Assembly (NCBI RefSeq): GCF_000284115.1
Contig: NC_017080.1
Coordinates: 30,001 to 62,000 of the forward strand
DNA length: 32,000 nucleotides
Origin: Phycisphaera mikurensis NBRC 102666
GTDB taxonomy: Bacteria > Planctomycetota > Phycisphaerae > Phycisphaerales > Phycisphaeraceae
Reading direction: 5' to 3'
Program-made: the position numbers and the translations under genes
Notes under the pieces: generated by a model
Database searches by the model: none
Told to the model about the DNA's origin: nothing
What the model saw: only the letters and a program-made list of their open reading frames with translations
Part shown: in pieces, positions 8,101 to 15,135 of the stretch
Layout of the letters: the number at the start of each line of letters is the position of its first letter
How positions within the stretch are numbered: position 1 is the stretch's first letter

Positions 8101-8984
8101 CAGAAGTACGCCCCGTCGGCGGCGGGCGGCGCGGGCGCGGCCGGGGGGGCCGGAGGAGCCGGGGGCGGCGCGGGCGCGGGCGCGGGGGCGGGCGGCGCCG
8201 GGGCGGGAGCCGCGGCCGGGGCGGGCGGCTTGCGCTTCGCGGCCGCGGAACCCTTCCCGCTCGGCCGGAAAGGCCGAAGGATTGCTTCGGCCTCGAGCAC
8301 GGCGTCGGCCGCCAGCGCGTCCACGCGGTTGTGCAGCAGGGCGTACGCGGCCAGCGCCGGGATCGCGACGACCAGGCCCCACAGCGTCGTCACCAGCGCC
8401 GTGGAGATGCCGCCGGCGAGCTGCACCGGGTCCGGCGAGCCGCCGGAGGACACCAGCGACTGGAAGGCGACGATCATGCCGTAGACGGTGCCGAAGAGGC
8501 CCATCATCGGGGCGATGTTGCCGAGCACGTTCAGCGCCTCGATGGGCCGCAGCAGCTTGGCCGTCTCGGCGTCGCCGGTCTCCAGCAGCGTCCGCTCCAT
8601 CACCTCGTAGCCCGCGGGCGCCTCGACGAGCGCGGCGGCGGTCAGGTCGCCCAGCAGGCTGCCGTCCTTCTGCGCCGCGTCGAGCGCTTCGCGGAACTTG
8701 CGCTCGCCGAGCAGGCGCTTCAGCTCGGGCTTCAAGCCGGCCGGCAGCAGCGTCGCCCGGCGGAATTGCACGGCGTAGCGGATCGCCAGCGTCAGGCTGA
8801 TCATCGACAGCAGCACGAGCACCCAGATGAAGACAAGCCCCACCGGGTCGTCGCTCCAGAAGAACATCCCGAAGAAGGAGGTCTGCGTCGGGCCGGCGGG
8901 CGCGTCGCCGGGCTGGGCCGCGGCCGATGCGGCGGGGAGCAGAAGCAGCGGCAGGACCGGGAGGAGGCGGCGGGCGTGGATCAT
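8100..8984 (-). CDS. exbB: MotA/TolQ/ExbB proton-channel family protein with N-terminal signal sequence and C-terminal Pro/Ala-rich tail
   Basis: 294 aa. GNIAPMMGLFGTVYGMIVAF and GGISTALVTTLWGLVVAIPALAAYALLHNRV are typical MotA_ExbB TM2/TM3 motifs. The tail reads KRKPPAPAAAPAPAPPAPAPAPAPPPAPPAPPAAPAPPAADGAYF. Confidence 0.92.
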   Translation of the reverse strand: MIHARRLLPVLPLLLLPAASAAAQPGDAPAGPTQTSFFGMFFWSDDPVGLVFIWVLVLLSMISLTLAIRYAVQFRRATLLPAGLKPELKRLLGERKFREALDAAQKDGSLLGDLTAAALVEAPAGYEVMERTLLETGDAETAKLLRPIEALNVLGNIAPMMGLFGTVYGMIVAFQSLVSSGGSPDPVQLAGGISTALVTTLWGLVVAIPALAAYALLHNRVDALAADAVLEAEAILRPFRPSGKGSAAAKRKPPAPAAAPAPAPPAPAPAPAPPPAPPAPPAAPAPPAADGAYF

Positions 8985-8994
8985 GGGCGGGGGG

Positions 8995-9510
8995 TCATCG
9001 GGCGGCGGCGAGCCGGTCGAGCGTGGCGGCGTCGCCGCCGCGGACCAGAAGCGGCTCGGCCTCGAGGAGCAGGCGGTCCGCGGCGGCTTCGGCCTCGGGG
9101 CCGCCGAGCAGGCGGAGCGTGACGGCGGCCTCCAGAAGGGCCGGGCCGTGGAGCGGTCCGCCGGCGGGCCCGGCGGCGGCGGAGCGCAGGAAGGCGAGCG
9201 CCGCGTCCAGCCGGAGCGTCCGGGCCGCCCCCGCTTCGGCGGCCGCCCGTGCCCGGACCCGCAGGGCGACGCCGGCGAGCAGGTGGTGGCGGGCCCGGCC
9301 GTCGGCGTCCCCGGGCGGGCGGCGGTCCAGCGCGGCGAGGGCGGCCGCGGCCGCGGCGGCGTCGCCCGCCGCGGCCGCCCGCTGCAGCTCCGCCGCGGGG
9401 CGGTCGCCCGCGAGGGCCGCGGGGGCGGTCCACGCGGGCATCTCCCGCCCGAGCGCGGGCGTCGCGAGCAGCCCGACGGCCGCGAGAATCAGCAGGAGGT
9501 TCCTCTTCAT
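8995..9510 (-). CDS. Secreted Ala-rich helical protein (171 aa), hypothetical, possibly TPR-like
   Basis: Signal peptide MKRNLLLILAAVGLLATPALG. The ATG overlaps the upstream vWA stop (ATGA). The stop lies 10 nt before the exbB start. Confidence 0.65.
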   Translation of the reverse strand: MKRNLLLILAAVGLLATPALGREMPAWTAPAALAGDRPAAELQRAAAAGDAAAAAAALAALDRRPPGDADGRARHHLLAGVALRVRARAAAEAGAARTLRLDAALAFLRSAAAGPAGGPLHGPALLEAAVTLRLLGGPEAEAAADRLLLEAEPLLVRGGDAATLDRLAAAR

Positions 9511-10475
9511 CGCAGGCCCATGTCCTCTTCGCTCACGAAGGTGTACGTGCCGCCGGTCGCGGCGGCGATCTTCTCCAGCGTGCCCGCCTCGCCCGCGGCC
9601 TGCCAGCGATCCTGGTTCAGGAACTGGATCGTGTTGATCTTGGTGTTGCTGCGGTTCACCTCGGCGATCCGCTCCAGCAGGTCCGCCTGCTCGATCTGGT
9701 ACTCCGCCCGCCCGGTGATCTCATCGGACAGAAGAAAGACCAGCTGCGGCCGGTACCGCTCGAGCGCCTGCCGCAGCGCCGGCACCGGGTCCCCCGACCC
9801 GATCGCGTACACGTTGCCCGCGTCGAGGTCGATCCACGAGGCGACGTCGTTCTTGCGCTGCGTGCTCGCGGGCTGGAGCCCCGCCGGCGGCACCTCGCGG
9901 AAGGGCTCGCCCTCGAAGTCGCCGAAGAAGATCACCGCGAACCGCTGCTCGTTGCTGAGCTTTCGGATCGAGGCCTTGAGCTCCTGGATCACGAAGGGCA
10001 GCTCCGCCACGCCGCCGCCGGAGGCGTCGATGAGGAAGACCAGCTCGCGGGCGTCGCCGCCGCGGCTGCCCATGAACGTGGCGGCGAGCTGCGCCGGCGG
10101 CGCCGCGGGGGGGGGCGGCGGCGGCGGCGGCGGGCCGACGGCCAGGGCCGGCAGCGGCGGCGCGGCGGGCGCCGCGGGCGCGGGCGGCGGCGGGACCGGC
10201 GGCGGTGGCACGGCCGAGGGCACCGGGGGCGGTGTCGCCTCGGTCGCGGGCGTGGGCGTGGTCACCACCACCGCGTCGTCGGGCGTGTCGGCCAGCTCCA
10301 GGAGCGGCGAGACGTCCTCCTTCTGCGCCTGCACGACCGTCCAGACCGCAAGCCCCGCGACGGCGATGACCAGGGCGTGCGCGACGATGGACACCACCCA
10401 CGGCATCGCCCGCGTGAAGAAGTCCGCCTCGCGCGGCGGCACGCTCCGGCCGCTGTTCGTGATTCCCTCGGCCAT
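9507..10475 (-). CDS. Membrane-anchored von Willebrand factor A (vWA) domain protein with TonB-like N-terminal TM helix and poly-Pro spacer
   Basis: 322 aa from ATG 10475, with SD GGGGGAG 7 nt upstream. TM helix PWVVSIVAHALVIAVAGLAVW carries an SxxxH pattern. A Pro-rich linker includes P9. The vWA core is ELVFLIDASGGG...RFAVIFFGD...LVFLLSDE. Confidence 0.85.
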   Translation of the reverse strand: MAEGITNSGRSVPPREADFFTRAMPWVVSIVAHALVIAVAGLAVWTVVQAQKEDVSPLLELADTPDDAVVVTTPTPATEATPPPVPSAVPPPPVPPPPAPAAPAAPPLPALAVGPPPPPPPPPAAPPAQLAATFMGSRGGDARELVFLIDASGGGVAELPFVIQELKASIRKLSNEQRFAVIFFGDFEGEPFREVPPAGLQPASTQRKNDVASWIDLDAGNVYAIGSGDPVPALRQALERYRPQLVFLLSDEITGRAEYQIEQADLLERIAEVNRSNTKINTIQFLNQDRWQAAGEAGTLEKIAAATGGTYTFVSEEDMGLR

Positions 10476-10629
10476 GACGCGTCTCCCCCGGGGCATCAAC
10501 CTTACCGGGCACCCGGCTGGACCGGCGGGCACGCGGCGCCGGCGACGCCCGGGACCCCGCCCGGAGCGGGGCGGTCCGCAACCCCCGCTGCGCGAGGCAC
10601 GACCGCTTCGCACGCCCGCGCCGCCCCGA

Positions 10630-11754
10630 TCAGAAGCCCACGAAGCGGTGCGTCCCCCCGGTCACCGCGCTCATCAGCTCCAGCGTCGGCTTCCCGCCGT
10701 CGGCGGGGGCGGCGGCGCGGTCGACGAACTGGACCGTGTGGATCGCGGTCTCCGCGGCGACCCGCGTGGCCGCGGCAACCAGCCGCACCCGGGTGCCGGC
10801 GGGATCGACCCGGCCGTCCACCTGGTCGGACAGCAGGATCACCGTGTCGGGTTCGAGGGCCAGCGCCGCCTCGAGCGCCGCCGCCGCGTCGGCGCGGCCG
10901 GCGGGGAGCACGTGGCCGGCTTCGGGCGAGACGAAGGCGGCGCTGGCCCGCAGCAGGTCGCGTCGCGCGGCGGCCATGCGGCCGGGCGGCACCGCCACAG
11001 CCCGGCCGTCCAGGAAGAAGACGACGGCGTAGGACTGGGCCGGGCCGAGGCTCAATAGCGACCTCTCCAGCTCGCGCTGCACCGAGGCGAAGCTGTCGAT
11101 GAGCGAGCCGCTCGCGTCGATGAGGTAGACCGTGCGCCAGCCGGCGGGCAGGCCGAAGAAGGCGCCCGTCTCGAATTGGGCACGCCCGGCCCGCGGGACC
11201 GGCTGGGTGGTGAGCTCGGCCTCCCCGGCGGCGGGAGCCGGAGCCGAGGCCGACGCGGAGGCCGGGCCAACGGCGGACGCCGCCTCGGGCCCGGCCTCCC
11301 AGCGGACCTCGCCGAAGCCGCCGCGGCCGTCGTCGATGCGGTGCCGGGTCGGCCCCCGGGAGACGAGGCCCGCCGGAGCCGGGGCCGGGGTTGTCGCCGC
11401 CGCTGTCGCGGCCGCGGCCGCCGGCGCGGCGGGCCGGGCCTCCGCCGCCGCGGGCAAGCCGGCGCCGGCGGCGGCGGCGGCGGGCCCCGGAGCCGCCCGC
11501 TTGCCCAGCGGCACCAGCGACGGCCCGGCCGCCGGGCCGGTGGATGCCCGGGCGATCGGGTGCTCGCCGCCGAGGCCCAGCGAGACGCCGATGAGGGCGG
11601 TCGCGGCGAGGCCGATCACCAGGTGTGCGGCGAGGGCGCGGTGCGTGCCGCGGGCGGGTTGGGGGTCGTGCGGGTCGGTTGCCAAGGGAAGCCTCGGGGA
11701 AAGATGCGGTCGGTGGCGGCTTTCATCGACCACGGCGCGGGCGTGGCGCCACAC
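10630..11754 (-). CDS. Membrane-anchored vWA domain protein (second paralogous architecture)
   Basis: His-containing TM helix HRALAAHLVIGLAATALIGVSLGL, then an Ala/Pro-rich linker. The vWA core RTVYLIDASGSLIDSF...YAVVFFLDG...VILLSDQVDG has an intact DxSxS MIDAS start. The GTG start at 11754 is uncertain. Confidence 0.8.
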   Translation of the reverse strand: MWRHARAVVDESRHRPHLSPRLPLATDPHDPQPARGTHRALAAHLVIGLAATALIGVSLGLGGEHPIARASTGPAAGPSLVPLGKRAAPGPAAAAAGAGLPAAAEARPAAPAAAAATAAATTPAPAPAGLVSRGPTRHRIDDGRGGFGEVRWEAGPEAASAVGPASASASAPAPAAGEAELTTQPVPRAGRAQFETGAFFGLPAGWRTVYLIDASGSLIDSFASVQRELERSLLSLGPAQSYAVVFFLDGRAVAVPPGRMAAARRDLLRASAAFVSPEAGHVLPAGRADAAAALEAALALEPDTVILLSDQVDGRVDPAGTRVRLVAAATRVAAETAIHTVQFVDRAAAPADGGKPTLELMSAVTGGTHRFVGF

Positions 11755-11824
11755 GCGGGGCGCGGTCGGCGCCGCGGTGGCGGGGTCCCACCGGCCCGGA
11801 GAAGACGCCCCACCGCCGGGCCGC

Positions 11825-12424
11825 TCAGCCGGCCGCGGCGAGCACCTTGTCCACGTACGCCCGGGTCATCGGACCCGCGTGCGCCGCGACGAGCCGCTCG
11901 GAGCTCATCTGCGGGTTCTCGCGGAGCAGCCTCGCCACGCGGGTCGGGCCCATGTGGTACGCCGCGACGGCGAGCCGCCGGTCGCCGTCGAAGCGCTCCA
12001 GCAGGTAGGCGAGGTAGCGGCTGCCGACCTCCACGTTGTGCACCGGGTCGAAGAGGTCGCCCGCCTCCATCCCGAAGCGACGCTGCGCTTCCTTGTGCGT
12101 CATCGGCATGATCTGCATCAGCCCGTGGGCGCCGGCGGAGGACACGGCATCAGGGTTGCCGCCGCTCTCGCAGAGCACCACGGCGCGGAGCAGCGCCGGG
12201 TCGAGGCCGTGCCGGGCGGACGCGTCGTCGAGCAGGTCCGACCAGTGCGACACCGTCCAGCCGCCGGCGGGGGCCCCGCGGCCCGCGTCGCCGCCGCCCC
12301 GCCACGCCAGGCCGATCGCGACCAGCAGCAGCGCGACGCCGGCGGAAGCCGCCAGCAGCCGGAGCGTGCCGCCGGGCCGCTCCGCCAGGTGCGCCCGCCA
12401 GCCGTTGCGGCCGCGACGCCTCAC
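11825..12424 (-). CDS. Lytic transglycosylase (SLT domain) with N-terminal membrane anchor
   Basis: SLT motifs CESGGNP, GLMQIMP and AAYHMGP. TM helix LRLLAASAGVALLLVAIGLAW. I prefer the GTG at 12424, which has GGGAG 6 nt upstream. The ATG at 12613 would overlap ftsY by 74 nt. Confidence 0.85.
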   Translation of the reverse strand: MRRRGRNGWRAHLAERPGGTLRLLAASAGVALLLVAIGLAWRGGGDAGRGAPAGGWTVSHWSDLLDDASARHGLDPALLRAVVLCESGGNPDAVSSAGAHGLMQIMPMTHKEAQRRFGMEAGDLFDPVHNVEVGSRYLAYLLERFDGDRRLAVAAYHMGPTRVARLLRENPQMSSERLVAAHAGPMTRAYVDKVLAAAG

Positions 12425-12539
12425 CGGCGGGCTCCCGCCCGCGGGGCGCCGCGGACCGTGCGGCCCGACGCCGGTTGAGGCCCGCGGTCCGCGGAAGCCC
12501 GGCGCCGCGGAGCGTCGCGCGTGCCCGGCGGCGACCCGC

Positions 12540-13472
12540 TCACGAGAACAGCGCCTCGACGAAGGCCGCGGGCTCGAAGGGCGCGACGTCGGCGGGCGTC
12601 TCGCCGAGGCCAACGAACTTCACCGGCAGGTTCAGCGCCTCGCGGATCGCGACGACGATGCCGCCCTTGGCGGAGCCGTCGAGCTTGGTGAGGAAGATGC
12701 CCGTCACCTCCGTCGCCTCGCTGAAGACCCGCGCCTGGTTCACGCCGTTCTGGCCGGTGGTCGCGTCGATCACCAGCAGCACCTCGTGCGGTGCGCCGGG
12801 GATCTGCTTGGCCACCACGCGGCGGATCTTGGAGAGCTGGTCCATCAGCGGCTTCTGCGTGTGCAGCCGGCCGGCGGTGTCGAGGAGGAGCACGTCGACC
12901 CCGCGGGCGACGGCGGCCGCGGCCGCGTCGAAGGCCACCGCCGCGGGGTCGCCGCCCTGGCTCCCTCGCACCACCTGCACGCCGAGCCGCTCGGCCCATA
13001 CGCCCAGCTGCTCGACCGCGGCGGCGCGGAAGGTGTCGCAGGCCGCGAGCAGCACGGTCTGCTCGCGGTCCCGCAGCACCTTGCAGAGCTTCGCGATGGA
13101 GGTGGTCTTGCCGGCACCGTTGATCCCGGCCACGAGGATCACGGTCGGGCCGGCGCCCGGGGCCGCCGCGGCGAGCGTGCGGTCTTCGTCGGGGAAGTAC
13201 GCCACGAGCTGCTCCTTGAGCATCGGCAAAGCCTCGTCGCCGGTGGCGACCTCGCCGCGTTCCCACATCGCCTCCAGGTCCTTCCGCAGCTCGATCGCCG
13301 TCTTCACGCCGACGTCGGCGCTGATCAGCGCCTTCTCCAGGTCCCGGAGCACGGCCTTGGACAGGGGCTTGCCCAGCAGCACACGCTTGATCGCCCCGCC
13401 CGTGGCGGAGCCGGCGCCGCCGCGCGAGAGGCCCTTCTTCAGGGTGTCGACGACGGAGCGGAAGAGGGCCAC
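12540..13472 (-). CDS. ftsY: Signal recognition particle receptor FtsY (short form, NG domain only)
   Basis: 310 aa. GINGAGKTTSIAKL (G1), DTAGRLH (G3), TKLDGSAKGG (G4). GTG start. Confidence 0.95.
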   Translation of the reverse strand: MALFRSVVDTLKKGLSRGGAGSATGGAIKRVLLGKPLSKAVLRDLEKALISADVGVKTAIELRKDLEAMWERGEVATGDEALPMLKEQLVAYFPDEDRTLAAAAPGAGPTVILVAGINGAGKTTSIAKLCKVLRDREQTVLLAACDTFRAAAVEQLGVWAERLGVQVVRGSQGGDPAAVAFDAAAAAVARGVDVLLLDTAGRLHTQKPLMDQLSKIRRVVAKQIPGAPHEVLLVIDATTGQNGVNQARVFSEATEVTGIFLTKLDGSAKGGIVVAIREALNLPVKFVGLGETPADVAPFEPAAFVEALFS

Positions 13473-13532
13473 GGGGCGGAGCAGCGACGGGAGGAACGGG
13501 GGACGACGGAGGGCGGGAGGCGGCCCGCGGGT

Positions 13533-14477
13533 TTAGGCGTCGCGGCGGGCGGCGGCGGCGGACCAGGGGTCGGCGGGGGCGTCGGGACCGGGGTCCGCGT
13601 CCCGCCCTCGCTCCGCCGGCGGCTCCGCCCGGCGGGCCTCGGCCTCGGCGGCCTGCCGCTCGCGCTCCTCGCGGAGCTCCTGGGCGTCGCGCTTCGGGCC
13701 GACCTTCGCGGCCATCTCGGCCTTCCGCTGGCGGAAGCGTTCGCGCTGGCCGCGGCGGGCCTCGGCGGCGCCGGCGGGCGGCGGCTTCTCGCCCCGGCGG
13801 ACGGGGCCGGCCGCGTCACCCGCCGCCGCCGCCCCGGGCGACGCGCCGCGGGCGATCGCGTCGAGCACGGCGTTCACGAAGCCGGGCGTGCGGTCCTCGC
13901 CGAAGGCTTTGGCCAGCTCGACCGCCTCGTCGAGGACCACCGCGGGGGGCGCCCGCCGCGTCGCCAGCTCGTGGTGGGCGAGCCGGAGGATGGCGCGGTC
14001 GACCGGCGGCTGGCGGAGCGTCGGCCACGCCGGCACCTGCGCCACGACGGCCGCGTCCGCCGCCTGGTGGCCGGCCCAGGCGGCGAGGGCCAGCGCGACC
14101 GCGGCTTCCTTCGCGGCGTCGGTCTGCTCGGCGTGGCCGTCGGGCTCGTCCTCGTCGTCGAAAGGCTCGTCCAGCGCCTCGAGCAGGCGAGCGGCCGGGG
14201 CGTCGGGCTCGGTTCCGAGGAGGTAGAGGGCCTGCACCGCGAGGCGGCGGACGGAGCCGGGGTCCACGCGGGGCGACGGAGCCGGCCGCGCGTCCGCCGG
14301 CGTCGGCGCCGGCGGGGGCGTCTCCGCGGCGGGCCGGGGGCGCGGCGGGTCCGTCGGCGGCAGCGGCGTTCCCGCGGCCTCCCCGGTCGCCGCACCGGGC
14401 CCGGGCGGCCGCTGCAACGCCGCCCGCAGCCACGGATCCTCCGCCGCCGGCTCTGATTTCGCGGTCTCTTCGGGCAC
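13533..14477 (-). CDS. nusB: Transcription antitermination factor NusB with long N- and C-terminal low-complexity extensions
   Basis: Core RRLAVQALYLL...VDRAILRLAHHEL...PPAVVLDEAVELAKAFGEDRTPGFVNAVLDAI is NusB-like. The start is uncertain: GTG at 14477, or GTG at 14267 just before the core. Confidence 0.8.
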   Translation of the reverse strand: MPEETAKSEPAAEDPWLRAALQRPPGPGAATGEAAGTPLPPTDPPRPRPAAETPPPAPTPADARPAPSPRVDPGSVRRLAVQALYLLGTEPDAPAARLLEALDEPFDDEDEPDGHAEQTDAAKEAAVALALAAWAGHQAADAAVVAQVPAWPTLRQPPVDRAILRLAHHELATRRAPPAVVLDEAVELAKAFGEDRTPGFVNAVLDAIARGASPGAAAAGDAAGPVRRGEKPPPAGAAEARRGQRERFRQRKAEMAAKVGPKRDAQELREERERQAAEAEARRAEPPAERGRDADPGPDAPADPWSAAAARRDA

Positions 14478-14513
14478 GGCCGCAGACTACGCGGAGGGAC
14501 CGGCCCCGGTTGC

Positions 14514-14523
14514 GCTACATTCC
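14514..14523 (+). promoter_or_regulatory. Candidate -10-containing promoter motif GCTACATTCC upstream of the RRM gene
   Basis: This AT-rich 10-mer lies 35 nt upstream of the ATG. It is identical to the 10-mer just upstream of tRNA-Ile. No clear -35 element. Confidence 0.3.
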
Positions 14524-14557
14524 GTGCCGGCTTCCCACCCCGGGCACGAGTCTCCCC

Positions 14558-15058
14558 ATGATCAACATCTACATCGGCAACCTGCCTTACAAGACCGGCG
14601 AGGCCGACCTCGCCGACCTCTTCTCGCGCTTCGGCACGGTGGAGCGGGCGACGATCGTCAAGGACCGCGACACGGGCCGCTCGCGAGGCTTCGGCTTCGT
14701 GGAGATGGAAGACCACGCCGCGGGCACGCTCGCCATCGAGACGCTGCTCGCCGAGGAGTACAACGGCCGGCCGCTCACGATCAACGAGGCACGCCCACGC
14801 GGCGGGGGCGGGGGCGGCACCGGCGGGGGCGGCGGCGGTTCGCCGTCGCGCAGCCCGTCGCCGCCCGCTTCCGCCCCGCCGCGGGCGCCGCGGACCAGCT
14901 TCGGCAACTCGATCGGCTACTCCAACCAGCTCGCCGAGGGACGCGCCGCCGCGGAGAGCGGCAGAGCAGAACCCGACCCCGCGGCCGAGCCCGAGGACGC
15001 GTCGGTGCCCGAGCCGCCGGTGAGCCGGGGGTACACCAACGACTTCCTGCCCGGTTGA
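14558..15058 (+). CDS. RRM-type RNA-binding protein with Gly-rich and acidic C-terminal tail
   Basis: IYIGNLPY (RNP2) and RGFGFVEM (RNP1), followed by GGGGGGTGGGGGG. The ATG at 14558 is preferred over the TTG at 14510. Confidence 0.9.
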   Translation: MINIYIGNLPYKTGEADLADLFSRFGTVERATIVKDRDTGRSRGFGFVEMEDHAAGTLAIETLLAEEYNGRPLTINEARPRGGGGGGTGGGGGGSPSRSPSPPASAPPRAPRTSFGNSIGYSNQLAEGRAAAESGRAEPDPAAEPEDASVPEPPVSRGYTNDFLPG

Positions 15059-15135
15059 GTGCGGCCCCCGAGGCACCGCCCGCGGGCCGCAGGCAGCCGG
15101 GTCCGCGTGGCGGAATGAAGGTCCCCCAGGTCCTC

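Noticed and set aside
8827-11102. Long plus-strand ORFs (743 aa and 617 aa) across the exbB/vWA region
   Set aside because: They are antisense to genes with clear ExbB and vWA motifs. Their translations are Arg/Gly/Pro-rich with no motifs.
12036-14456. 806-aa plus-strand ORF opposite slt, ftsY and nusB
   Set aside because: It is antisense to three motif-supported genes and has a low-complexity translation.
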